A stretch of 64,000 nucleotides of DNA, from positions 1 through 64,000 of the forward strand of contig JAPDFW010000091.1 of assembly GCA_028826165.1 (NCBI GenBank), written 5' to 3'. Below are positions 11,990 to 24,500 of this stretch, piece after piece. Position 1 is the first letter of the stretch. The number at the start of each line of letters is the position of its first letter. The notes under the pieces were generated by a model. It did no database searches. It saw only the letters and a list, made by a program, of their open reading frames with translations, and was not told the origin of the DNA. Both the position numbers and the translations under genes were made by a program. The DNA comes from Anaeramoeba ignava BMAN (Eukaryota > Protista > Anaeramoebae).

Positions 11990-14886
11990 TTCTTTAATAA
12001 AATATTAATAATTAATATTAAATTAAATAATAATTTATTTATAATTATTTTTATTTATTAATTTTAAATCAAAATATTAATTAAATATTAATTAAATTTA
12101 TAATTAAAATTTAAATAAAAAATTAAATCAAATTTTCTTTAAATAAAATATTAATAATTTAATATTAAATTAAATAATAATTTATTTATAATTATTTTAT
12201 ATTTATTAATTTTAAATCAAAATATTAATTTAAATATTAATTTTTATAATTAAAATTTAAATTAAAAATTAAATCAAATTTTAAATCAATAAAATATTAA
12301 TAATTAATATTAAATTAAATAATAATTTATTTATAATTATTTATATTTATTAATTTTAAATCAAAATATTAATTTAAATATTAATTAATTATAATTAAAA
12401 TTTAAATTAAAAATTAAATCAAATTTTAAATCAAATAAAATATTAATAATTAATATTAAATTAAATAATAATTTATTTATAATTATTTATATTTATTAAT
12501 TTTAAATCAAAATATTAATTAAATCTAAATTAAATTATAATTAAAATTTAAATCAAAAATTAAATCAAATTTTAAATCAATAAAATATTAATAATTAATA
12601 TTAAATTAAATAATAATTTATTTATATTTATTTATATTTATTAATTTTAAATCAAAATATTAATTAAATATTAATTAAATATAATTAAATATAATTAAAT
12701 TTTAAATCAAAAATTAAATCAAATTTTTAAATAAATAAAATATTAATAATTAATATTAAATTAAATAATAATTTATTTATAATTATTTATATTTATTAAT
12801 TTTAAATCAAAATATTAATTAAATATTCAATTAAATATAATTAAAATTTAAATAAAAATTAAATCAAAATTTTAAATAAAAAAAAAATATTAATAATTAA
12901 TATTAAATTAAATAATAATTTATTTATAATTATTTATATTTATTAATTTTAAATCAAAAATATTAATTAAATATTAATTAATTATAATTAAAAATTTAAA
13001 TAAAAATTAAATCAAATTTTAAATCAATAAAATATTAATAATTAATATTAAATTAAATAATAATTTATTTATAATTATTTATATTTATTAATTTTAAATC
13101 AAAATATTAATTAAATATTAATTAAATATAATTAAAATTTAAATTAAAAATTAAATCAAATTTTAAATCAATAAAATATTAATAATTAATATTAAATTAA
13201 ATAATAATTTATTTATAATTATTTATAATTATTAATTTTAAATCAAAATATTAATTTAATATTAATTAAATATAATTAAAATTTAAATTAAAAATTAAAT
13301 CAAATTTTAAATCAATAAAATATTAATAATTAATATTAAATTAAATAATAATTTATTTATAATTATTTATATTTATTAATTTTAAATCAAAATATTAATT
13401 AAATCATAAATTAAATATAATTAAAATTTAAATCAAAAATTAAATCAAATTTTAAATCAATAAAATATTAATAATTAATATTAAATTAAATAATAATTTA
13501 TTTATAATTATTTATAATTTTTAATTTTAAATCAAAATTTTAAATCAAAATATTAATTAAATATTAAAATTAAATAAAATTAAAAAATTTAAATCAAAAA
13601 TTAAATCAAATTTTAAATCAATAAAATATTAATATTTAATATTAAATTAAATAATAATTTATTTATAATTATTTATATTTATTAATTTTAAATCAAAATA
13701 TTAATAATTAAATCTAAATTAAATTATAATTAAAAATTTAAATCAAAAAATTAAATCAAATTTTAAATAAATAAAATATTAATATTTAATATTAAATTAA
13801 ATAATAATTTATTTATAATTATTTTTAATTATTAATTTTAAATCAAAATATTAATTAAATATTAAATTAAATATAATTAAAATTTAAATCAAAAATTAAA
13901 TCAAATTTTTAAATAAATAAAATATTAATATTTAATATTAAAATTAAATAATAATTTATTTATAATTATTTTTATTTATTAATTTTAAATCAAAAAATAT
14001 TAATTAAATCTAAATTATAATTAAAATTTAAATAAAAAATTAAATCAAATTTTAAATCAATAAAATATTAATATTTAATATTAAAATTAAATAATAATTT
14101 ATTTATATTTATTTTTATTTATTAATTTTAAATCAAAATATTAATTAAATCTAAATTAAATATAATTAAAATTTAAATCAAAAATTAAATCAAATTTTAA
14201 ATAAATAAAATATTAATATTTAATATTAAATTAAATAATAATTTATTTATAATTATTTTTATTTATTAATTTTAAATCAAAATATTAATTAAATCTTAAT
14301 TAAATATAATTAAAATTTAAATCAAAAAATTAAATCAAATTTTTAAATCAATAAAAATATTAATAATTAATATTAAATTAAATAATAATTTATTTATAAT
14401 TATTTATATTTATTAATTTTAAATCAAAATATTAATTAAATCTAAATTAATTATAATTAAAATTTAAATCAAAAAATTAAATCAAATTTTAAATCAATAA
14501 AATATTAATATTTAATATTAAATTAAATAATAATTTATTTATAATTATTTATAATTTATTAATTTTAAATCAAAATATTAATTAAATATTAATTAAATAT
14601 AATTAAAATTTAAATTAAAAATTTAAATCAAATTTTAAATCAATAAAATATTAATAATTTAATATTAAATTAAAAATAATAATTTATTAATATTTATTTA
14701 TATTTATTAATTTTAAATCAAAATATTAATTAAATATTAATTAATTATAATTAAAATTTAAATAAAAAATTAAATCAAATTTTAAATAAATAAAATATTA
14801 ATAATTAATATTAAATTAAATAATAATTTATTTATAATTATTTATATTTATTAATTTTAAATCAAAATATTAATTAAATATTAATT
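11990..14886. repeat. Tandem satellite, ~20 copies of a ~145-bp unit
   Basis: The marker TAATTTATT recurs at 12031, 12178, 12323, 12469, 12614, 12769, 12916, 13061 ... 14824, with spacing mostly 143-150 bp. Confidence 0.95.
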
Positions 14887-15206
14887 TTTCTTGTACTCAT
14901 TTCGATTTTTTTAAGATCAATGAAAAATTTTTAAATAAACAAAAAATAATAATAATAAAAACTTATTAAGTTAAAAAATAATTAAACAAATAAAATAAAA
15001 ACTAAATTAAAAATAAAATTGAAAAATTTTATAATTGAATAAGCCAAAAAATCCAATCAATTTTTTAATTGATCTCTTTTAGCAAAATCAATTAAATTTT
15101 TTTTTTCATTTTTTTCTTTTTTCATTTTTTTTTCATTTATTTTTATTATTTTTATTATTTTTATTATTATATTTTTTTTTTAATTTATTTTCTAAAACAA
15201 AATAAA

Positions 15207-18200
15207 ATGGATTTTCTTTTACCATTTCAATTTGAAAATTTTACAATACAAACAAAAACAGTGATAAAAAGGAAACTAAATGAAAAACAAGAAAACATGA
15301 GTATAAACTATAAAGAGATAAAAACAAAAGGGTTACCATATGGAAGAGAAGGAGAAACAATAGTAGTTTATAAGAATAATTGCTATTGTTTTGGAGGTTT
15401 TGTAGGAAAACCAATATTTGGATGTACAAATGAACTTTTTGAGTTTAATTTCAAAAGAAAACAATGGAAACCAGTTAAAATTAAAGGATTTATGCCTCCT
15501 CCAATTACTGGTCATTCTGCTGTTGTTTATTCTCATCATATGTGGATTTTTGGTGGAAATGTTTATAATATTCATCAGGATTTTCAACTTTCTAATGAAA
15601 TTTATCGTTTTGATTTTCACAAGAAAATTTGGGAACATATTGTTCCTTCTTCTGAAAAACCTCCACCTGTTACTGGTCATACTGCTAATGTTTTTCAAGA
15701 TAAAATGATTATTTGTGGTGGTTTTGTATGTTTCAAATCAAATTCAATATTTAATTAAAATTCATTTTAAAATCAAAATTAAAATTAAAATTCAATATTT
15801 AATTTAAAATTCAAATTCAAATCAAAATTCAATATTTAATTCAATTTAAAATTAAAAATCAAATTTAAATCAATATTAAAATTTAAATCCAAATTAAAAT
15901 CAAAATTCAATATTTAATTAAAATTCATTTTAAAATCCAAATTAAAATTAAAATTCAAATTAAAATTCATTTTAAAATTAAAATTCAATATTTAATTCAT
16001 TTTAAAATTAAAATCCAAATTAAATCAAATTAAATTAAATTCATTTGAAAAAAATTAAGAACCCAAATTGTATCAGAAATCCAAAACAACCAATCTCCAT
16101 CTTTAACTTCAAAACCCAAACTTGGAATGAAATTAAATTCTCTTCTCCAAGTACAAAAAACAAACAACAAAGAAAATCTCTCCAAAAAAATCTTAACAGA
16201 ATAGGACACAGCACAGTTATATTTGGAAAATACCTTATAGTCTATGGAGGAAGAACATCAAGCAGATTTTTCAATGATTTATTCGCATTTGATTTATTCA
16301 CAGAAGAATGGGAAGCCTTTGAAATGACATTGGGGGAAATTCCTCCACCTTTTTTATATCAACAATCGGTTCTTATTAACAACCATCTTTTCATCATCGG
16401 CTTTGCTTCAAATTCAGCAACCTTTTTCTTCACTTTTGATTTTATCACTCGCACTTGGACAAAAATTGGAAACGATTCTTCTCTCAATTCAGATGGAATC
16501 AATCTTTTCATTTTCAACAACAAAATATATTCTTTTGGAGGAAATTTATCAAATTTACTTTTTAAATACAATCTTAACTTATTTTATCATAATTCTTCTA
16601 ATCAACATCTCAAATTACCGTTTAAAGGAAATTTTTATTCTTCGGAATTTTCTCAGATCCAAAAGGATTTGATAAATCTTCTTAAACGCCAATATAAAGT
16701 CGATATATTTTTCGATACAAAAGATGGAAAATTTGGAGCTCATCAATCAATCCTCAATTTAAGATGGACTTTCTTTAAATTTCATAAAAAGAAGTGCTTC
16801 AAACTTGTTAAAAAACAAACTACTCTTGTTTTTCAAAATTTTTTAGAATATATTTATTCAGGAAAATTGCATCTTTCAAAACTTGAGCCGCAAATCATCA
16901 TTCAAATCATCTTATTCTCTCAAAAGGCTCAAATTATGAGACTTAGTCTTTTGTGTGAAAAATATATCAGATCAAATCTTACTTTAAAAAATATCTCTCA
17001 GTTTCTTAATTTATCTTATCAATTTTCAATTGGAAATTTAAAAGCTTATTGTTTTGAGTTTATTTTTTGGTTCAAACAATTACTTTTTGAAATTTTGAAT
17101 CCTGAAAAATTTTCTAATCACCAAACAAAACAAGATTTGAAAGATTTTTTCTCTCAAAATCATACAATTACAAATCTCTTTAACTCACCTGTTGTCGAGA
17201 TATCAGAATGTACTTTGATTCAAGATCTTTTTTCACTTTTTAAAAGTGGGAATGATTCAGGTTAATAATTTAATTTCAATTTTTGATTTTTGATTTTTAA
17301 TTTTTAATTTTTAATTTAAATTTTTTTTTTTAGATTTAATTCTATCTTTTAGTCAAGATCAACCAACTTTTCATTTACATTCTTTTATTCTTTCATCTCG
17401 TTCAAGTTATTTTGAAAGATTATTAAAAGAAGAAAAATCAAAAGTAATTCAACTTTTAGATAATATCAAAATTAGAATAGATCCTATATCTCAAAATGAA
17501 AATGAAAATGAAAATCAAAATCAAAATGAAAATGAAAATCAAAATCTAAATGAAATTGAATCTGAAAATGAAAATGAAATTGAATCTGAAATTGAATCTG
17601 AAAATGAAAATCAAAATCAAAATGAAAATCAAAATCAAAATCAAAATCAAAATCAAAATCAAAATCAAAATCAAAATCAAAATCAAAATCAAAATGAAAT
17701 TGAATCTGAAAATCAAAATCTAAATGAAATTGAATCTGAAAATGAAAATGAATCTGAAAATGAAAATCAAAATGAAAATCAAAATGAAAATGAAAATCAA
17801 AATGAAATCGAATCTGAAAATCAAAATGAAATTGAATCTGAAAATCAAAATGAAAATCAAAATGAAATTGAATCTGAAATTGAATCTGAAAATGAAAATC
17901 AAAATCAAAATGAAAATCAAAATCAAAATCAAAATGAAATTGAATCTGAAAATCAAAATCAAAATCAAAATGAAAATAAAGAAAATCAAAATGAAAATCA
18001 AAATCAAAATAAAGAAAATGGATCAAAATATTTAATCAAATTATTACAATTTATTTATACAGGATTAATATCTTTCAATTTTCAAGAAGCTATTGATTTA
18101 CTTATTATAAATAATATTCTTGAATTTCATTCTAAAACACTTAAAAATGAATGTGAAAAAGTTATTTTATCAAATATTTCACCAGATAATGCACTTCAAA

Positions 18201-18562
18201 TTCTTGAAAAAGTTCATAGTCTTGGATTTTCTGATCTTAAAGAAAAAATTTTATGTGTTATTGTTGAAGAATTTCTTTTTGATATTCTTAAAAATCCTTT
18301 TTTGGAAAAAAATTTATCAAGTGATCTTTGTAAAGATATTTTAATTGCTCAAGGAAAATATTTAAATGAAATTATTTTTTTAAAAGAAAAGGAAATTTTG
18401 AATCAACATGAAAATTTGAATGAACAACAAAATTCAAAATCAAATTCAAAATCAAATTTAAAATCAAATTTAAAAGAAAATTCAAAAGAAAATTTAAAAG
18501 AAAATTTAAAATCAAATTTAAAAGAAAAGAAAAAGAAAAAGAAAAAGAAAAAGAAAAATTGA
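15207..18562 (+). CDS. Kelch-repeat plus tandem BTB-BACK protein, LZTR1-like; introns 15726-16059 and 17261-17333
   Basis: Kelch repeats (GHSAVVY..MWIFGG, GHSTVIFG..IVYGG), BTB1 AHQSILNLR..FLEYIYSG, and BTB2 LHSFILSSRSSYF..LLQFIYTG with an in-frame QN/EN insert. Confidence 0.85.
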
Positions 18563-18824
18563 ATTAAAATTAAATTTAAATTTAAAATCAAACAAATCCA
18601 AATTTATTTGATTTATTAATTAACAAATTCAAAATCAAATTTAAAATCAAATTTAAAAGAAAATTCAAAATCAAAATTCAAATTAAAATTAAAATTAAAA
18701 TTAAAATTAAAATCAAAATTAAAATTAATATTAAAATTAAAATTAAAATTAAATTTAAAATTAAAATTAAAATTAAATTTTGGAAAAATTACTTTTTCAT
18801 TTTTTTCTTCATTTTGATTTAAAA

Positions 18825-19079
18825 ATGGAAAAAGAAAAAGAAAAAGAAAAAGAAATGAATTATTTATTAAGAAAAAAATCTTTACAATTTTGGAAGTTTG
18901 TTGAGAATTCAAAAGTTGAAATTGAAATGATTGAAGGAACAAAAACAAATGGAATGTTTCGATTAAGTAATGGAAATCAAACAGAATTTCAAATTTCTGA
19001 ATTAGAAACACCAATAGGAATATATCCAGAAGCAATTGTTAGATCTGAAGATATTTGTTTAATGCATTTTCAAAAATGA
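18825..19079 (+). CDS. GEMIN7: Gemin7-like Sm-fold protein (SMN complex)
   Basis: LLRKKSL..FQISELETPIGIYPEAIVRSEDI matches the Gemin7 pattern FxVxxLxTPIGxxxEAxxRxxDI. Confidence 0.8.
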   Translation: MEKEKEKEKEMNYLLRKKSLQFWKFVENSKVEIEMIEGTKTNGMFRLSNGNQTEFQISELETPIGIYPEAIVRSEDICLMHFQK

Positions 19080-19168
19080 ATTTAATTTAAAAATCAATTT
19101 AAAAAAATCAATTTGAAAATGAAATTTTATTTTAGTTTTTTAAAAGAAAAATAAAAAGAAAAAATTGT

Positions 19169-19972
19169 TCATTTCTTTGTATTTTGATTTGTATTTTGAT
19201 TTGTATTTTGATTTGTATTTTGATTTGTGTTTTGATTTGTGTTTTCATTTGAATTCTCATTCAAATTTAAATCAATAATATTAATAGTATCATTATCATT
19301 ATCATCATTATCATTATCATCATCAAAATTCTCTTCAATTTTTTGCAATTGCGAATGTGACAGTTTTTTGAAAATTTGGAAACCAGATTCTGAAGATCTA
19401 TGAGATTGATTAACCATTAATTTGAAATTATCTTCTTCTATTTTTTTTTCTTTTTCAAAAACTTGTCTCCATTCCAAAAATTTATCAACAGAAAAGGGGG
19501 TTCCATGACTAAGTCTTTGTTGAACTTCTTTCTTTTTTTGTTCTATTTCTTTTTTAAGAACAAGATCATCATCCAAATCATCGTTTGAATCAACATCAGA
19601 ATTTTGATTAAAATCAGCAACTTTATTCATGATCCAATCTTGCAAGTGATTAACAATTTGGAATATAAAAGGTTCTCCAATATAATCCGTTGCTTGTTGC
19701 TTTATTGTTTTCTGTAGTTTTTCGAGATCTGTGATTGAAATGTATTGAATTGATTCAAGTTCAAGTAAAGGTGGTTCATTTGGATAATTTTCTGTGTATT
19801 GAACTGTCAACTCAAGTATTGGTGGATTTGCTATTGAATGTGTTGATAGTTCATCTGGTGATATTCTTATCCGAAATTTTTCAGGATATTTTGTCTCAAG
19901 TTTAGTTAGACTATTGCTGAAAATTGATTCTAATACTAATATTTCATTTGTTTGTTCTTCTTGTGGGTTCAT
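19169..19972 (-). CDS. RWDD1: RWD-domain protein RWDD1/Gir2 (DRG regulator)
   Basis: EEQTNEILVLESIF, YPNEPP, GEPFIFQIV, HGTPFSVDKFLEWRQVF and SGFQIF. Confidence 0.85.
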   Translation of the reverse strand: MNPQEEQTNEILVLESIFSNSLTKLETKYPEKFRIRISPDELSTHSIANPPILELTVQYTENYPNEPPLLELESIQYISITDLEKLQKTIKQQATDYIGEPFIFQIVNHLQDWIMNKVADFNQNSDVDSNDDLDDDLVLKKEIEQKKKEVQQRLSHGTPFSVDKFLEWRQVFEKEKKIEEDNFKLMVNQSHRSSESGFQIFKKLSHSQLQKIEENFDDDNDNDDNDNDTINIIDLNLNENSNENTNQNTNQNTNQNTNQNTNQNTKK

Positions 19973-20278
19973 TTATTTTGTTTTTATTTTCTTGAAGAAG
20001 AACTGAAAAAAATGAAAAAAATGAAAAAATTTTTTTTTAATTTTTAATTTTTAATTTTTAATTTCTTTTAAAAGATTAAACAATTTTCTTTCTTTTTTTG
20101 ATTTTAATTTTAATTTTAATTTTGATTTTGATTTTGATTTTGATTTTGAATTTGATTTTGATTTTGAATTTGATTTTGATTTTGAATTTGATTTTGATTT
20201 TGAATTTGATTTTTGATTTTGATTTTGAATTTGATTTTGATTTTGAATTTGATTTTAATTTTGATTTTGATTTTGATT

Positions 20279-22084
20279 TTAATTTTGATTATTAAATTTG
20301 TTAATTAATAAATCAAATAAATTTGGATTTGTTTGATTTAATTGGAAATAATCAATTCCAATTTCTATTTCATTAATAATTTCTTTTGTAATTTCAATTT
20401 CATCTTTAATTTGATTTGAATAAATCCAATATTCAAATATTTCAAATGATTTATTACTTAATTCACTATAATCTGTAACTTTATTTGAAGTATCTTCAGT
20501 TACAGATAAAAACATTCCTCGATATAATTCACTTCTCATTATTAATATTAATTTTGGAAATTTATATTGTTTTTCTTTTCTTTCAATAATAAAATCTTTT
20601 TCATTTTCATTTTCATTTAAATAAATTCTTTTAATTGTTTCTTCAATTTTTTCATTTGAATTTATAATTTCTTTAATTTTTGAATATAATTTTGGATTTA
20701 TTTTGGAATTGTTTGAATAAATCATTTCAAATATTTGATTTGATTCTTTAATTGATTTTTTTGAAATAATTTCTTGAAGTTTTTCAATTTGATTTTCATT
20801 TTGATTTAATCTATATTTTAATATTAATTTATGAGCTTTAATTATTTCTCCATTTTTGGTTTTAAATGAAATATTGCAAAATTCTTTTCTTCTAAATAAT
20901 TTTATCAAATCTTCTTCAAGATTGGAAAAAGAAGGAGGAGAATAATAAAGAAATGATTTGTAATTGCCACAAGAAATATGATAATTAGAAATATTTTCAT
21001 TAAATCTTAATTTAGGAAGTTCAATTTGAATTGGAATTAATTGAATATTTGTATCTCCAGTTCCTAATTGGCCATAAGCATTATCTCCAAATCCTATTAA
21101 TTTGCCTTTAGAAGTTAAAATCAAAGTATGGCCATTTCCAACAGAAAAATCAATAATATCATCATTTTCAAATAAAGATGATTTGATTTCAGTAAATTCA
21201 TAAGTATTTTCATCTTTGCCAAGTCCATTAAATCCATAATCTCCACATGAATAAAATTTTCTTTTTGGATTTTCATTTTCGTTTTCAATCAATATTATTG
21301 AGAAAGCATATGCACATTGAATATCAATTATTTTGCCTTTTGGAATATTTTGGATTTTGGTTAATTTTGGGATTTTTGTTTCTTCTTTTCTTGATTCACC
21401 TAATCCAAGTTGACCATATCTATTATTTGCGCACGTAAATAATTCTTGATTTGAATTTAAAAGAAAAACGTGATGTGTAGAAATTCCTGAAAATATTTTA
21501 GAAACATTTTTCATCATTAAAATTGGTTTTTCTGTTTTTTGAATTTTTTTAGGATCAAAACCAAATTGACCAAAATTATTTGAACCAATTCCATAAGCGT
21601 TTTGATTTGAAGTTAATAAATAAATTGAATTTCTTCCAGGAACAATATCTTCAATTATTCTATCATTTGTATCTTCAATTAATGATGAAATATTGATAAA
21701 TTCTTTTGGATTTTTTGGATTAATATCACTTCCTTTGGCAAATACATTTCCTTTTATTGTTAAAATAGCTGCATCCCAGTTGCTAACAGTTACTTTTTGA
21801 ATATTTTCTTCAATTTGGATTTTTTCAGGATTTTGATTTGAATCATTTTTTCTTAAATATTCTATTGCTTTTCCATTTTTAAAAAGGAAAATTGTTGAAA
21901 AAAAACTTGATGAAATTTGTTTAATTTGTTTTTCATTTTCATTTTCATTTTCATTTTCATTTTCATTTTCATTTTCATTTTCATTTTCAAATTTAAATTG
22001 AATTGGTTTTGTTATTTTATCTGCTGGTTCATTTTTTATAAGTTTTGGATATTTATTTAAACCAAAAAATAAAATTTCATTCAT
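20279..22084 (-). CDS. RCC1-repeat + BTB protein, copy 1
   Basis: RCC1 repeats (GxNxxGQLG, GxxHTLIL) and a C-terminal BTB-like module (AHKLIL; KLILIMRSELYRGMF). Confidence 0.9.
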   Translation of the reverse strand: MNEILFFGLNKYPKLIKNEPADKITKPIQFKFENENENENENENENENENEKQIKQISSSFFSTIFLFKNGKAIEYLRKNDSNQNPEKIQIEENIQKVTVSNWDAAILTIKGNVFAKGSDINPKNPKEFINISSLIEDTNDRIIEDIVPGRNSIYLLTSNQNAYGIGSNNFGQFGFDPKKIQKTEKPILMMKNVSKIFSGISTHHVFLLNSNQELFTCANNRYGQLGLGESRKEETKIPKLTKIQNIPKGKIIDIQCAYAFSIILIENENENPKRKFYSCGDYGFNGLGKDENTYEFTEIKSSLFENDDIIDFSVGNGHTLILTSKGKLIGFGDNAYGQLGTGDTNIQLIPIQIELPKLRFNENISNYHISCGNYKSFLYYSPPSFSNLEEDLIKLFRRKEFCNISFKTKNGEIIKAHKLILKYRLNQNENQIEKLQEIISKKSIKESNQIFEMIYSNNSKINPKLYSKIKEIINSNEKIEETIKRIYLNENENEKDFIIERKEKQYKFPKLILIMRSELYRGMFLSVTEDTSNKVTDYSELSNKSFEIFEYWIYSNQIKDEIEITKEIINEIEIGIDYFQLNQTNPNLFDLLINKFNNQN

Positions 22085-22395
22085 TTTTGAAAAGAAAAAA
22101 AATGAAAAAATAATTTTTGGAACTTTAATTTTAATTTTAATTTTAATTTTGATTTTAATTTGAATTTTAATTTTGATTTTAATTTTAATTTTAATTTTAA
22201 TTTTAATTTTAATTTTAATTCTAATTTTGATTTTAATTTTAATTTTAATTTTAATTTTGATTTTAATTTTAATTTTAATTTTAATTTTAATTTTGATTTT
22301 TGATTTTAATTTTAATTTTAATTTTAATTTTAATTTTAATTTTAATTTTAATTTTAATTTTAATTTTAATTTTAATTTTAATTTTAATTTTGATT

Positions 22396-24198
22396 TTAAT
22401 TTTGGTTATTAAATTTGTTAATTAATAAATCAAATAAATTTGGATTTGTTTGATTTAATTGGAAATAATCAATTCCAATTTCTATTTCATTAATTATTTC
22501 TTGTGTAATTTCAATTTCATCTTTAATTTGATTTGAATAAATCCAATATTCAAATATTTGAAATGATTTATTACTTAATTCACTATAATCTGTAACTTTA
22601 TTAGAAGTATCTTCAGTTACAGATAAAAACATTCCTCGATATAATTCACTTCTCATTATTAATATTAATTTTGGAAATTTATATTGTTTTTCTTTTCTTT
22701 CAATTATAAAATCTTTTTCATTTTCATTTTCATTTTCATTTAAATAAATTCTTTTCATTGTTTCTTCAATTTTTTCATTTAAATTTATAATTTCTTTAAT
22801 TTCAGAATATAATTTTGGATTTATTATTCTGTTTGAATAAATCATTTCAAATATTTGATTTGATTCTTTAATTGATTTTTTTGAAATAATTTCTTGAAGT
22901 TTTTCATTTTGATTTTCATTTTGATTTAATCTATATTTTAATATTAATTTATGAGCTTCAATTATTTCTCCATTTTTGGTTTTAAATGAAATATTGCAAA
23001 ATTCTTTTCTTTCAAATAGTTTTATCAAATCTTCTTCAAGATTGGAAAAAGAAGGAGGAGAATAATAAAGAAATGAATTGAAAAATGTACAAAGAATATG
23101 ATAATTAGAAATATTTTCATTAAATCTTAATTTAGGAAGTTCAATTTGAATTGGAATTTGAATTGGTTGATCATTTGTATCTTCAGTTCCTAATTCACCA
23201 CAAGAATTACTTCCAAATCCTATTAATTTTGATTTAGATGTTAAAATCAAAGTATGGCCATTTCCAACAGAAAAATCGAGAATATTATCATCATTTTCAA
23301 ATAAAGATGATTTGATTTCAGTAAATTCATAAGTATTTTCATCTTTGCCAAGTCCATTAAATCCATAATCTCCACATGAATAAAATTTTCTTTTTGGATT
23401 TTCGTTTTCAATCAACATTATTGAGAAAGCATATCCAGATTGAATATCAATTATTTTGCCTTTTGGAATATTTTGGATTTGGGTTAATTTTGGGATTTTT
23501 GTTTCTTCTTTTCTTGATTCACCTAATCCAAGTTGACCATATCTATTATCACCGCATCCAAATAATTCTTGATTTGAATTTAAAAGAAAAATATGATGTG
23601 TAGAATTTCCTGAAAATATTTTAGAAACATTTTTCATCATTAAAATTGGTTTATGTGTTTTTTGAATTTTTTCAGGATCAAAACCAAGTTGACCAAATTG
23701 ATTTAAACCAATTCCATAAGCATCTTGATTTGAAGTTAATAAGTAAATTGAATTTCTTCCAGGAAACAATATCTTCAATTATTCTATCATTTGTATCTTC
23801 AATTAATGATGAAATATTGATAAATTCTTTTGGATTTTTTGGATTAATATCTTTTCCTTTGGCAAATACATTTCCTTCTATTGTTAAAATAGCTTCATTT
23901 TGAAAACCAACAGTTACTTTTTGAATATTTTCTTCAATTTGGATTTTTGAAGGATTTTGTTTTAAATCATTTTCTTTTAAATATTCTATTGCTTTTCCAT
24001 TTTTAAAAAGGAAAATTGTTGAAAAAAAACCTGATGAAATTTGTTTAATTTGTTTTTAATTTGTTTTTCATTTTCATTTTCATTTTCATTTTCATTTTCA
24101 TTTCCAAATTTAAATTGAATTGGTTTTGTTATTTTATCTGGTTCATTTTTTATAAGTTTTGGATATTTATTTTGACCAAAAAATAAAACTTCATTCAT
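22396..24198 (-). pseudogene. RCC1-repeat + BTB protein, copy 2, with two frameshifts
   Basis: An 11-nt duplication (AAAAACAAATT) at ~24045-24068 and a 1-nt insertion at ~23765 relative to copy 1; a stop codon intervenes at 23986. Confidence 0.75.
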
Positions 24199-24500
24199 TT
24201 TTAAAAAGTAAAAAAATGAAAAAATAATTTTTGGATTTTTAATTTTGATTTTGATTTTTAATTTTAATTTTAATTTTAATTTTAATTTTGATTTTAATTT
24301 TGATTTTTAATTTTAATTTTAATTTTAATTTTAATTTTGATTTTAGTTTTAATTTTAATTTTAATTTTAATTTTAATTTTGATTTTGATTTTAATTTTAA
24401 TTTTAATTTTAATTTTGATTTTTAATTTTGATTTTTAATTTTAATTTTAATTTTAATTTTAATTTTAATTTTAATTTTAATTTTAATTTTAATTTTAATT

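Noticed and set aside
20098-22412. ILILIL / FDFDF / YLYLY-type ORFs (also 17484-18035, 30101-30364, 42969-43265, 52566-53180, 55338-56234, 62125-62485)
   Set aside because: They are translations of microsatellites or antisense shadows of real genes.
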